A DNA stretch of 64,000 bases from Vicinamibacterales bacterium (GTDB lineage: Bacteria; Acidobacteriota; Vicinamibacteria; Vicinamibacterales; UBA8438). A program made the position numbers and the translations under genes. Shown one piece after another: positions 8,989 through 18,099 of the stretch. Location: positions 772,671-836,670 of the forward strand of contig OZ252008.1 in assembly GCA_965246995.1 (NCBI GenBank), written 5' to 3'. Numbering within the stretch: the stretch's first letter is position 1; every line of letters starts with the position of its first letter. The notes under the pieces were generated by a model, which saw only the letters and a program-made list of their open reading frames with translations, made no database searches and was not told the DNA's origin.

Positions 8989-11631
8989 CTAGTCCTTTAG
9001 CGCGATGACGGTAACGCCGCCGCCGCCATGTTCCGGTGCGGCCGGAGCGTGCTTTTCGACCAGCGGATGATCGCCGAGGAAGCTCGCGATGGCGCGCCTG
9101 AGCTGTCCGGTGCCGTGACCATGAATGACGCGCAATTCCCGCCGCTCGTGCAAGATCGCACGGTCGACGTACTTCTCGACGCGGGCAAGCGCCTCGTCGA
9201 CGCGGCAGCCGATGACGTTCAGCTCGAGCGGCGGCGCGCTCTCCTCGGCAACGTTCACCGTGACGCCGCCGCGGGCGGCGGCGCGCGTAACGGCGGCGCG
9301 CGTAACGGCACGGCCGTCCGCCGAAGCGACCGGCAAATCGAGTGGTCGGAGGTCACCCACCCGCACGTGGATCCGTTTGCCGAGCGCTTCCACTTCGGCG
9401 TCGTCGCCATCGATCACGGCCAGAATGCCGTCGAGGCGAAGGCTGGCGACATGCACGCGGCTCCCCACCGCCGGCGGTACCTTTGCTGGACGTTCCGGCC
9501 GACCGCCATCGTCCTCCACGGGAGCGCCGGCGGTGATGGCGCCGGCGGTTACGCTGCCGCGTTCGCGGGCTTCCCACCCTCCACTCGAGGCCGCTTCGCT
9601 GGCGCGCGCCTCCGCCGCAATCGCCTTGAGCGTCTCGACGGCGTGCTTCTTCAACACCCCCGTGTGGCCCGTCGACAATGGCGGCGCTGACTTGTCCGGC
9701 TGCCCGGTGCGTTTCTTCAGCGCGGCGGTGCGCGTTCGCAGATCACCCACGAGCGTATCGATCGCGCGCCGCGCCTTCCGGAGTTCGGCGTCGACCCCGC
9801 TCCGGAGCCGTTCCTTCGCCGCTGCCTCACGTTCGTTCAGCGCCCGTTCTGCAGCGGCGAGCGCTTCGCGCTGCTGTTCTACCGCGCGCCGTTCGGTCGC
9901 CAGTGTGTCGCGTTCCCTGGAGGCGCGCGCGAGGTCACGCTCCACCTGTTCCAGATGGTCGGCCAGTTGTGCCTCGCGCGCACTCCTGCGGGCGTGGGCG
10001 TCTTCGATGATTGAAGACGCGACGCCGAGGCGTCCGGCAATCTCGAGTGCAAGGCTCCGCCCCGGGGATCCGTAGGTCAGCCGGTATGTCGGCGCGTAGG
10101 TCTCGGGGTCGAAGCCGAAGCCGGCCCCGACGACCCCATCCGTCGTCGCCGCGTACGACTTCAGCATGTCGTCGTGCGTCGTGGCCAGCACCAGCGCGCC
10201 GCGCTGGCGGAAGTGATCCACGATCGCGGCGCCGAGCGCACCGCCCTCCACCGGATCGGTACCGGCGCCCACCTCGTCGAGCAGCACCAGCGCCGGCGCA
10301 TGTAGCTGCGCATCCATCGCGACAATGTGCGCGATGTGCCCGGAGAAGGTGGACAGGCTGTTCGCGATGGACTGCTCGTCGCCGATGTCGGCGAAGACGG
10401 ATAGGAACACCGGGAGCGACGCTCCCCGCCCCGCCGGAATGTGCAGCCCCGCCTGTGCCATCAGGGCCAGCAGTCCGGCCGTCTTGAGGGCTACCGTCTT
10501 GCCGCCGGTATTGGGACCGGTCACTACCAGCGCACCGGTCGGTGGCGTCACTGCGATGTCGACGGGTACCGGCCCGGTTTCCTCCCGTGGTGCAAGGTCG
10601 CCTCGGGGGGCATCCGAGGGGATTCCGGCTTCCGTGTCCGCCACACCCCGCTCGACCACCTCGCGCATCAACAGGGGATGCCGCGCCGCCGGCAACTCGA
10701 TTCGCAGATCGGAACTGAGCGTCGGTTCGACGCCGTCAACCAGCTTCGAGAATCGCGCCCGCGCCTGCATCAGATCGAGATCGGCGACCGACTCCAGGGT
10801 CCGCCGCAACTCGAGCGCGCGTGCCCTGAGCGCGTTCGACAGTTCGAGCAGGATGCGGAACACCTCCTGGCGCTCTTCTTCCTCGAGCGCGACGATTTCG
10901 TTGTTGATCTCAACCGTGCTGAGCGGTTCGAGAAAGAGGCTGGCGCCGCTGCCGGAACTGCCGTGGACGATTCCCGGAATGGCGCTGCGGTGTTCTGCAC
11001 GGACCACGAGGACGAACCGGCCAGCCCGCTCGGTCACTACGTGTTCCTGGAGGTACCGCGCTGTCTCCCGTCCGCGCAGGTATGACTCGAGCGTGCCACG
11101 CAGTCGTTGCCGCAGCCGCTGCAACTGCTGGCGGATGGCGGCCAGGCGCGGCGTCGCGTCGTCCGCCACCTCCCCTTCCGGTGTGATTCGGCTCCGTATG
11201 TTTGCCGCCTCCCGGTCAAACTCCCCCAGGCCTTCGGCGGTCACGCTCAACAGGGGCCATCCATCCGCGCGGTCGGGTGGAGCAGTGGCCGAACGGATTG
11301 CCTTTGCCGTTGCGCCGACGGAAAGGAGGAATGTGGCGAATCCCATCAGTTGCGGCGCATCGAGCGGGCGGCCGTCGATGGCGAGCGCCGCGATCGATGC
11401 TTCCAGATCGTCGGGAGCTTCGAGTGGCAGTGAATGATTGGCGTTTAGGTACTCGACGGTTTCTGTCGTCGCCCGCAGCCCTTCGGCGACTGCCGCCCGG
11501 TCGGTCATCGGCCGCAGCCGGCCTGCTCCGGTTCCGCCGAGTGGTGTCAGCGCGAAGCTGCAGACGGCCGCGACAACCCGGTCGAACTCCAGCGTCCGGA
11601 GTGTCGCGTCGTCCGTTGGAAGGGGTGCCAT
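8989..11631 (-). CDS. mutS2: Endonuclease MutS2 (MutS ATPase plus C-terminal Smr domain)
   Basis: Walker A VVTGPNTGGKTVALK, LLDEVGAGTDPVEG, a coiled coil, and the Smr end LRVIHGHGTGQLRRAI. It contains an in-frame 15-bp tandem duplication at 9276-9305. Confidence 0.9.
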   Translation of the reverse strand: MAPLPTDDATLRTLEFDRVVAAVCSFALTPLGGTGAGRLRPMTDRAAVAEGLRATTETVEYLNANHSLPLEAPDDLEASIAALAIDGRPLDAPQLMGFATFLLSVGATAKAIRSATAPPDRADGWPLLSVTAEGLGEFDREAANIRSRITPEGEVADDATPRLAAIRQQLQRLRQRLRGTLESYLRGRETARYLQEHVVTERAGRFVLVVRAEHRSAIPGIVHGSSGSGASLFLEPLSTVEINNEIVALEEEERQEVFRILLELSNALRARALELRRTLESVADLDLMQARARFSKLVDGVEPTLSSDLRIELPAARHPLLMREVVERGVADTEAGIPSDAPRGDLAPREETGPVPVDIAVTPPTGALVVTGPNTGGKTVALKTAGLLALMAQAGLHIPAGRGASLPVFLSVFADIGDEQSIANSLSTFSGHIAHIVAMDAQLHAPALVLLDEVGAGTDPVEGGALGAAIVDHFRQRGALVLATTHDDMLKSYAATTDGVVGAGFGFDPETYAPTYRLTYGSPGRSLALEIAGRLGVASSIIEDAHARRSAREAQLADHLEQVERDLARASRERDTLATERRAVEQQREALAAAERALNEREAAAKERLRSGVDAELRKARRAIDTLVGDLRTRTAALKKRTGQPDKSAPPLSTGHTGVLKKHAVETLKAIAAEARASEAASSGGWEARERGSVTAGAITAGAPVEDDGGRPERPAKVPPAVGSRVHVASLRLDGILAVIDGDDAEVEALGKRIHVRVGDLRPLDLPVASADGRAVTRAAVTRAAARGGVTVNVAEESAPPLELNVIGCRVDEALARVEKYVDRAILHERRELRVIHGHGTGQLRRAIASFLGDHPLVEKHAPAAPEHGGGGVTVIALKD

Positions 11632-11665
11632 CGTGATGATTCAGCCTACCCCAACACGGGCCGGC

Positions 11666-12487
11666 CTACTCCAGGTGATTGATCAGATGCGCCATGACGG
11701 CGGCGCCGAGGCCATTGTCGATGTTGACGACGACGACGCCCGACGCGCAGGAGTTGAGCATGCCAAGCAGCGCGGCGAGGCCGCCGAAGCTCGCGCCGTA
11801 ACCGACGCTCGTCGGCACGGCGATGACCGGCGTCCGTACCAGGCCGCCAACGACGCTTGGCAGCGCACCCTCCATGCCTGCGACAACGATTACGACGCGG
11901 GCCGCATCGAGCCGCTCGCGCTCCGCCAGAAGGCGGTGCAGGCCGGCAACACCGACATCGTATAGGGCATCGACGCGGTTACCGAGCGTCTCGGCGCTGA
12001 CGCGTGCCTCTTCGGCAACGGGCATATCCGAGGTCCCGGCGGCGGCGACCAGGACCGTCCCCCGTCCGGTGGGCTGTGTGGCGACCGGCCGCGCGATGAT
12101 CCGCGCCGTCTCATGCCACTGCACATCCGGCGTCACGGCGCGCACGGCGTCGAACGCTTCGGGGGTGGTGCGCGTCACCAGGAGCGGATTGCCGGTGGAG
12201 ACGATCCGTTCGGCGATTGCGGCGATCTGCGGTGGCGTCTTGCCCGCGCCGTAGATCACTTCGGGGTAGCCCTGCCGCGCGGCCCGGTGATGATCGACAC
12301 GGGCGAAGCCGAGATCCTCGAACGGTGCGCGGCGGATCAGGTCCAACAGCCGCGCTTCCGCCTGATGGGCATCAAGGGCACCCTCCGCGAGCGCGTTGAG
12401 CACGTCGCGCACTTCGTCCTGCGTCACGGGAGTGATTGTGGCATAACCGTCTCGGCTGGCATCCCCAGACCGTTCTCTGGGTATCAT
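11666..12487 (-). CDS. larB: LarB-like nickel-pincer cofactor biosynthesis protein (PurE/AIR-carboxylase fold)
   Basis: Contains [47 protein letters not shown] and [11 protein letters not shown]. The start codon is preceded by AT-rich DNA with no Shine-Dalgarno sequence. Confidence 0.8.
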   Translation of the reverse strand: MIPRERSGDASRDGYATITPVTQDEVRDVLNALAEGALDAHQAEARLLDLIRRAPFEDLGFARVDHHRAARQGYPEVIYGAGKTPPQIAAIAERIVSTGNPLLVTRTTPEAFDAVRAVTPDVQWHETARIIARPVATQPTGRGTVLVAAAGTSDMPVAEEARVSAETLGNRVDALYDVGVAGLHRLLAERERLDAARVVIVVAGMEGALPSVVGGLVRTPVIAVPTSVGYGASFGGLAALLGMLNSCASGVVVVNIDNGLGAAVMAHLINHLE

Positions 12488-12647
12488 ATTAAAGTTTAGT
12501 CATGTGTTATGCATTACATATAGTGCCAGTAGACATTTGTGATAATAAATATATACCATAACTTAACAAGAGTTTCCCTCCGCGCAACGACCACGCGCCG
12601 TGCGGCGGTTGACGGGCCGGGCGGGCGGCAGGTACCGTGACGGGCAC

Positions 12648-14195
12648 ATGGCCTCGCTGGACGGGATCATCCTCACCTTGTATTTCGGTGCGCTCTGCGG
12701 GCTCAGCGTGTACGGGCTGCACCGGAGTCTGCTGATCTGGTTCTTCCTTCGGGGGCCGCGGGCCGAGAAGACGCGCGCAGCCTGGAACGAGCTGCCTCGC
12801 GTCACGGTGCAGTTGCCAATCTATAACGAACGGCATGTCGCCGAGCGGCTCATAGACGCGGTTGCTCGGCTGAAGTACCCGCGCGATCGATTCGAGGTGC
12901 AGGTACTCGACGATTCCACCGACGAGACGAGAGACGTCGCGGCGCGCGCAGTCGACCGGTGGCGTCGGCGCGGCGTGGCGATTCACCATATCTGCCGGAA
13001 GACACGCGACGGCTTCAAGGCGGGCGCGTTGCGCGAGGGCCTGCAAGAGGCGACGGGCGAACTGGTCGCACTGTTCGACGCTGACTTCATTCCGCCGAGC
13101 GACTTCCTCGAACAGGCCATCGTCCCGTTCGCCGACCCGAGCGTCGGGATGGTTCAGGCGCGGTGGGGCCACGCGAACCGCAACTACTCGCTGTTGACGC
13201 GCGCACAGGCGCTGCTGCTCGATGCCCATTTCATCCTCGAGCATGGCGGACGGTACCGTGGCGGGTGCTTTTTCAATTTCAATGGCGCGGCGGGAATCTG
13301 GAGGCGCGTTGCCATCGAGGACGCCGGTGGCTGGCAGGCGGACACGCTCACGGAGGACCTCGACCTGAGCTACCGCGCGCAGCTCGCCGGGTGGCGTTTC
13401 GTGCTGCTGCCGGACGTTGTCGTCCCAGCGGAACTGCCCGTCGAGATGAACGCCTTCAAGGCGCAGCAGCACCGATGGGCGAAGGGATCGATACAGTCGT
13501 GCCGCAAGCTGCTGCCGGCTGTACTGCGCGCCCGGGTGCCGCTCCGAGTAAAGATGGAAGCTGCCCTCCATCTGACGGCGAACGTCAACTATCTGCTGGT
13601 GCTTGCGCTTTCAATCTTGATTGTGCCGGCGATTGCAGTGCGAACCGGCCCCGGCGGCGGACCTGAGAAGCTCTGGATCGATGCGCTGTTCTTCGCCTAC
13701 GCCGCCGTTTCCGTCTCCAGCTTCTATGGTGTCAGTCAGCGGGCACTCGGCGGCCGCTGGTGGCTACGCCTGCGCGACCTGCCGGCGGTGATTGCCCTCG
13801 GGCTCGGCCTGTCGGTCAACAACGCGGTTGCCGTCGTTCAGGCGCTTGCCGGTCGCACCGGCGAGTTCCAGCGAACGCCGAAGTACGGCGTGACGCAAGG
13901 CGCTGCGTCGCACGCCACCCGTCCTGCCGACACCCGTTACCGTCTGGCGTCGCGCTGGCAGCCATTGGTCGAACTGGCGTTCGGCGCCTGGTTCACGGTC
14001 GCTAGCGTCTGGGCGTTCGCGGCCGGCGCGTACGAGGTGGTGCCCTTCCTTGCCTTCTTCCTCTGCGGCTTCTTCTACGCGGGCGGCACGTCACTCGTGC
14101 AAACCTGGACGGGCTGGCGTTCCCGCGGGAACGCGCAGCCGGACGTTCCCGCCCGTACCCCCCGGACCGCGAACTGGCTGGAGGAGACCTCCTGA
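12648..14195 (+). CDS. Family 2 glycosyltransferase, processive beta-glycan synthase type (multi-pass membrane)
   Basis: Contains LPIYNERHV, VLDDSTDET, FDADF, TEDLDLS and QQHRWAKG (the QxxRW motif), plus C-terminal transmembrane helices. The start is uncertain: ATG 12648 is chosen over the track's GTG 12600. Confidence 0.85.
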   Translation: MASLDGIILTLYFGALCGLSVYGLHRSLLIWFFLRGPRAEKTRAAWNELPRVTVQLPIYNERHVAERLIDAVARLKYPRDRFEVQVLDDSTDETRDVAARAVDRWRRRGVAIHHICRKTRDGFKAGALREGLQEATGELVALFDADFIPPSDFLEQAIVPFADPSVGMVQARWGHANRNYSLLTRAQALLLDAHFILEHGGRYRGGCFFNFNGAAGIWRRVAIEDAGGWQADTLTEDLDLSYRAQLAGWRFVLLPDVVVPAELPVEMNAFKAQQHRWAKGSIQSCRKLLPAVLRARVPLRVKMEAALHLTANVNYLLVLALSILIVPAIAVRTGPGGGPEKLWIDALFFAYAAVSVSSFYGVSQRALGGRWWLRLRDLPAVIALGLGLSVNNAVAVVQALAGRTGEFQRTPKYGVTQGAASHATRPADTRYRLASRWQPLVELAFGAWFTVASVWAFAAGAYEVVPFLAFFLCGFFYAGGTSLVQTWTGWRSRGNAQPDVPARTPRTANWLEETS

Positions 14196-15340
14196 TGGCC
14201 GCGAAAGGCGGCCTCGAGGGCGTCGTCGCCACGTCATCGTCGATCTGCCATATCGACGGCGAGCAGGGCCTGCTGTCTTACTGCGGCTACGACATCCACG
14301 ATCTGGCGCGCGAGGCGACGTTCGAGGAGGTCTGCTATCTCCTCTGGCACCGTCGACTCCCCGTACGCGTCGAATTGGGCGACCTCCGCTCGGAGCTCGC
14401 CGCGGCTCGTCCGTTGCCGGAGCCGATGCTCCGCCTGATGCGGACGCTACCGCCGGGCGATGCGATGGACGCACTCCGCACGCTCGTCTCTGCCCTCGCG
14501 CTGATCGACCCGAAGGCGGATGCGAGAACCGGTGCCGCGGTGCAGGATCCCGATGCCGCATACCGCACCGCGGTTCGACTGACCGCGCAGGTGGGGAGTC
14601 TGGTTGCTACCTGGGGCCGCCTGGCGGCTGGCGGCGGCCCGATCGATCCCGACCCGGCGCTCGATCACGCGGCGAACGTCCTGCTGATGCTGACCGGCCA
14701 ACGCCCGACGCGGGAGGCGGCCAGAGCGCTGGACGTAGCGCTGATCCTCCACGCCGACCATGAACTGAACGCTTCCACGTTCGCGGCGCGCGTCACCGCA
14801 GCGACGCTGAGCGATCTCTATTCGACCGCGGTCGCGGGGATTGGCGCGCTGAAGGGTCCGCTCCATGGCGGCGCGAATGCCGAGGTGATGCGGATGCTGC
14901 TCGATCTGGGCGAAGACGCGCCGGAGGAAGAAGTGGAGCGCGCCATCCGCGACATGCTTTCGAAGAAGCAGAAGGTGCCCGGTTTCGGGCACCGGGTCTA
15001 CCGCACCGAGGATCCGCGTGCGATGCACCTGCGCCGAATGTCCGAAACGCTTTCGGAGCAGACGGACACCAACTGGTTCGCCATGTCGCGCACGATCGAA
15101 GGGGTGATGCGGGAAGCGCGCCAGATCGATGCGAACGTCGACTTCTATTCCGCTTCGACGTACCACATGCTCGGCATCCCGATCGAGCTCTTCACGCCGA
15201 TCTTCGCAGTGAGCCGGATCGCCGGGTGGACGGCGCACGTCCTGGAACAGTACGCCAACAACCGCCTGATCCGTCCCCGCGCCGACTACACGGGGGCGGA
15301 GCCGCCCCAGCCGTTCCTGCCACTGAGCCGGCGCGTATAA
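14195..15340 (+). CDS. gltA: Citrate synthase (small, type II/2-methylcitrate synthase-like)
   Basis: Contains LILHADHELNASTFAARV, GALKGPLHGGANA, GFGHRVYRTEDPRA and NVDFYSA. The ATG overlaps the stop of the GT2 gene (TGATG). Confidence 0.9.
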   Translation: MAAKGGLEGVVATSSSICHIDGEQGLLSYCGYDIHDLAREATFEEVCYLLWHRRLPVRVELGDLRSELAAARPLPEPMLRLMRTLPPGDAMDALRTLVSALALIDPKADARTGAAVQDPDAAYRTAVRLTAQVGSLVATWGRLAAGGGPIDPDPALDHAANVLLMLTGQRPTREAARALDVALILHADHELNASTFAARVTAATLSDLYSTAVAGIGALKGPLHGGANAEVMRMLLDLGEDAPEEEVERAIRDMLSKKQKVPGFGHRVYRTEDPRAMHLRRMSETLSEQTDTNWFAMSRTIEGVMREARQIDANVDFYSASTYHMLGIPIELFTPIFAVSRIAGWTAHVLEQYANNRLIRPRADYTGAEPPQPFLPLSRRV

Positions 15341-15367
15341 TCGGTGTGGCCGTTCGGCCTCCCCCCA

Positions 15368-17206
15368 ATGCACCACCGGCAGATCCGCAACTTCTCCATC
15401 ATTGCCCACATTGATCACGGGAAATCGACCCTGGCGGATCGATTCCTCGAGTTGACGGGTGCGCTCCAACCCCGCGAAATGGAGGCGCAGGTACTCGACT
15501 CCATGGATCTGGAGCGAGAGCGGGGGATCACTATCAAGGCCCACGCGGTCCGCCTCCGCTACACCGCAGACGACGGCGAGACCTACGTTCTCAATCTGAT
15601 CGACACGCCCGGTCACGTCGACTTCTCGTACGAGGTCGCCCGGTCCCTCGCCGCCTGCGAGGGAGCGCTTCTGCTGGTCGATGCCTCGCAGGGCGTGGAG
15701 GCGCAGACCGTCGCGAACGCCTACCTGGCGGTCGAACACGATCTGGAGATCATCCCGGTCATCAACAAGATGGATCTTCCGGGCGCGCAGCCGGAGGAGG
15801 CGGCGTTGCAGATCGAGGATCTGATCGGCCTCGATCCGTCGACGGCGCTACTCGCGAGCGCGAAGGCGGGGCAGGGGACGAAGGAGGTACTCGAGGCGGT
15901 GGTCCATCAGGTGCCGCCGCCCGCCGGCGATCCGGAGGCGCCGCTCAAGGCACTGATCTTCGACTCGTGGTACGACGCCTACCGCGGCGTCGTCATCCTG
16001 GTGCGTGTCGTCGACGGCGCGGTCCGGCCTGGGATGAAGGTCCGCTTCATGATGGCGGCGCACGACTGTGAAGTGGAGCAGGTCGGGGTCTTCTCGCCGA
16101 AGCCGGTGGCGGTGGAAGCACTCGGTGTCGGCGAGGTGGGTTTCATCATCGCCAATGTCAAGAATGTCGCCGACGCGCGGATCGGCGACACCGTGACCGA
16201 GGCGGCGCGCCGCACCGCTGAGCCCCTTCCCGGGTTCCGCGAGATGAAGCCGATGGTCTTCGCGGGACTCTATCCGGTGGAGAGCCACGAGTACGCGGAC
16301 CTGCGGGAAGCGCTCGAGAAGCTGCGGCTGAACGACGCGTCGTTCTTCTTCGAGCCGGAAACCTCCGTTGCGCTCGGCTTCGGCTTCCGCTGTGGCTTCC
16401 TCGGCCTCCTGCACATGGAGATCGTGCAGGAGCGGCTCGAGCGCGAATTCGACATGAACCTGGTGACGACCGCGCCCGGCGTCCTCTACCGGGTCACCAC
16501 CACTGACGGGGAAGTGACCGAGATCGATTCTCCGGCCAAGCTGCCCGATGCGGGGCGGATCGAGAGGATCGAAGAACCGGTGATCACGGCGATGATCCTG
16601 ACGCCCGCGGAGCATGTGGGGGGGCTCCTGCAGCTCTGCCAGGAGAAGCGAGGCGTGCAGAAGGGGCTCGAGTACCACGCCGCGCACCGCGTCACCATCA
16701 CGTACGAACTGCCTTTCAACGAGGTGGTGCTCGACTTCTATGACCGGCTGAAGACCATCTCTCGGGGCTACGCGTCGCTCGACTATCATGTGAGCGGGTA
16801 CTGGACGTCGCCGCTCGTGAAGCTCGACTTGCTCGTGAATGGCGATCCTGTCGATGCGCTGTCGATCATCACCCACCGGGAGAACGCCTATCCGCGCGGC
16901 CGGGCACTGGTCACCCGGATGCGCAAGCTGATTCCGCGCCAGATGTTCGAGGTGGCGATTCAGGCCGCGATAGGCAACAGCATCATTGCACGCGACACGG
17001 TCCGGGCCCTCCGGAAGAACGTCCTGGCGAAGTGCTACGGTGGCGACATCTCGCGGAAGCGGAAGCTGCTGGAGAAACAGAAGGAAGGCAAGCGCCGCAT
17101 GAAGCGGGTGGGCAGCGTGGAGATCCCGCAGGAGGCATTTCTCGCCGTGTTGCGCGTCGACGACGACGGGCCGGCGGCGGGCAAGGCCTCCAAGGCAAAC
17201 AAGTGA
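15368..17206 (+). CDS. lepA: Translation elongation factor 4 (LepA)
   Basis: Contains [33 protein letters not shown] and the C-terminal LepA region. ATG 15368 is preferred over the track's GTG 15344. Confidence 0.95.
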   Translation: MHHRQIRNFSIIAHIDHGKSTLADRFLELTGALQPREMEAQVLDSMDLERERGITIKAHAVRLRYTADDGETYVLNLIDTPGHVDFSYEVARSLAACEGALLLVDASQGVEAQTVANAYLAVEHDLEIIPVINKMDLPGAQPEEAALQIEDLIGLDPSTALLASAKAGQGTKEVLEAVVHQVPPPAGDPEAPLKALIFDSWYDAYRGVVILVRVVDGAVRPGMKVRFMMAAHDCEVEQVGVFSPKPVAVEALGVGEVGFIIANVKNVADARIGDTVTEAARRTAEPLPGFREMKPMVFAGLYPVESHEYADLREALEKLRLNDASFFFEPETSVALGFGFRCGFLGLLHMEIVQERLEREFDMNLVTTAPGVLYRVTTTDGEVTEIDSPAKLPDAGRIERIEEPVITAMILTPAEHVGGLLQLCQEKRGVQKGLEYHAAHRVTITYELPFNEVVLDFYDRLKTISRGYASLDYHVSGYWTSPLVKLDLLVNGDPVDALSIITHRENAYPRGRALVTRMRKLIPRQMFEVAIQAAIGNSIIARDTVRALRKNVLAKCYGGDISRKRKLLEKQKEGKRRMKRVGSVEIPQEAFLAVLRVDDDGPAAGKASKANK

Positions 17207-17994
17207 TGGCCAGACGAGGCGCGGCGCGTGGTGCAACGAGAAACCGGCCGGCGCCCGGCGGGGCTGGCCTGGCGGGACGCGATCGACCTGGAGCGGGCGC
17301 CGGGGCGCCGTTCCGGAAATCGATGGCGCGCGAGTATCTCGAGGCGATCGTCATCGCCGTCATCCTGGCCCTCTTCGTGCGGACCTGGATGGTGCAGGCT
17401 TTCACCATCCCGACCGGATCGATGGAGCACAACCTGCTGGTTGGGGACTATCTGCTCGTGAACAAGTTCGTCTTCGGTCCGGCGCTGTCCGATGCCGAAC
17501 AGTCGGTGCTGCCGAAGACGGAGGTCGCGCGGGGCGATATCGTCGTCTTCAAGTTCCCGCTCGATCCCAAGCGAGATTTCATCAAGCGGATCATCGGACT
17601 ACCGGGCGAAACCCTCGAAGTGCTTGACAAGCAGGTGCACATCAACGGCGTCGCGCTCGACGAACCGTACCTGGCGGAGCATGCGCGGCGTCTCGGGCCG
17701 GGAGAGGAGGCGGTGAACGGTCGCGACAACCACGGCCCGGTCACCATCCCTGACGGGCACTACTTCGCCATGGGTGACAACCGGGACGACTCCGAGGATA
17801 GCCGCTTCTGGGGACCCCTGCCGGTCGATCACATCAAGGGAAAAGCGGTCGTGATCTACTGGTCGTACGATGCGGGACCGCCGATTGTGATCCCGGAGCC
17901 GGGCCTCGGCGCCGCGGTCCGGCGCGCGGCTTCGGGCGCCTTCAGCTTCTTCTCCCGCACCCGTTGGGATCGCATGCTCCACCAGGTGCGCTGA
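17206..17994 (+). CDS. lepB: Signal peptidase I
   Basis: Contains IPTGSMEHNLLVGDYLLVNKF, GDIVVFKFP, KRIIGLPGE and GDNRDDSEDSRFWGPLP. The ATG overlaps the lepA stop. The upstream part of the track ORF (from 17032) lies inside lepA. Confidence 0.92.
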   Translation: MARRGAARGATRNRPAPGGAGLAGRDRPGAGAGAPFRKSMAREYLEAIVIAVILALFVRTWMVQAFTIPTGSMEHNLLVGDYLLVNKFVFGPALSDAEQSVLPKTEVARGDIVVFKFPLDPKRDFIKRIIGLPGETLEVLDKQVHINGVALDEPYLAEHARRLGPGEEAVNGRDNHGPVTIPDGHYFAMGDNRDDSEDSRFWGPLPVDHIKGKAVVIYWSYDAGPPIVIPEPGLGAAVRRAASGAFSFFSRTRWDRMLHQVR

Positions 17995-18099
17995 CCTACC
18001 GGCTACCTGTACTCTTCGACGCCTACCCCTCCGGTAGCCCGTAGTATTCTGTCCCGGTTCCGCCGTCGCGGGGCCTTGGGCTTATCTCAGGAGGCGTTG

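Noticed and set aside
12507-13571. Long antisense ORFs opposite real genes (for example 12507-13571, 14447-15739, 15848-17236, 18082-18993, 36936-37853, 37917-39161, 43844-44803, 44661-45563, 45532-46602, 47674-49245, 50436-51860, 52164-53156, 2046-3017, 57134-58432, 27411-29066)
   Set aside because: Each lies fully antisense to a gene with unmistakable family motifs, has low-complexity Arg/Pro/Gly/Ala-rich composition, and has no recognisable domain. This is the expected stop-codon-poor shadow-frame artefact of G+C-rich DNA.
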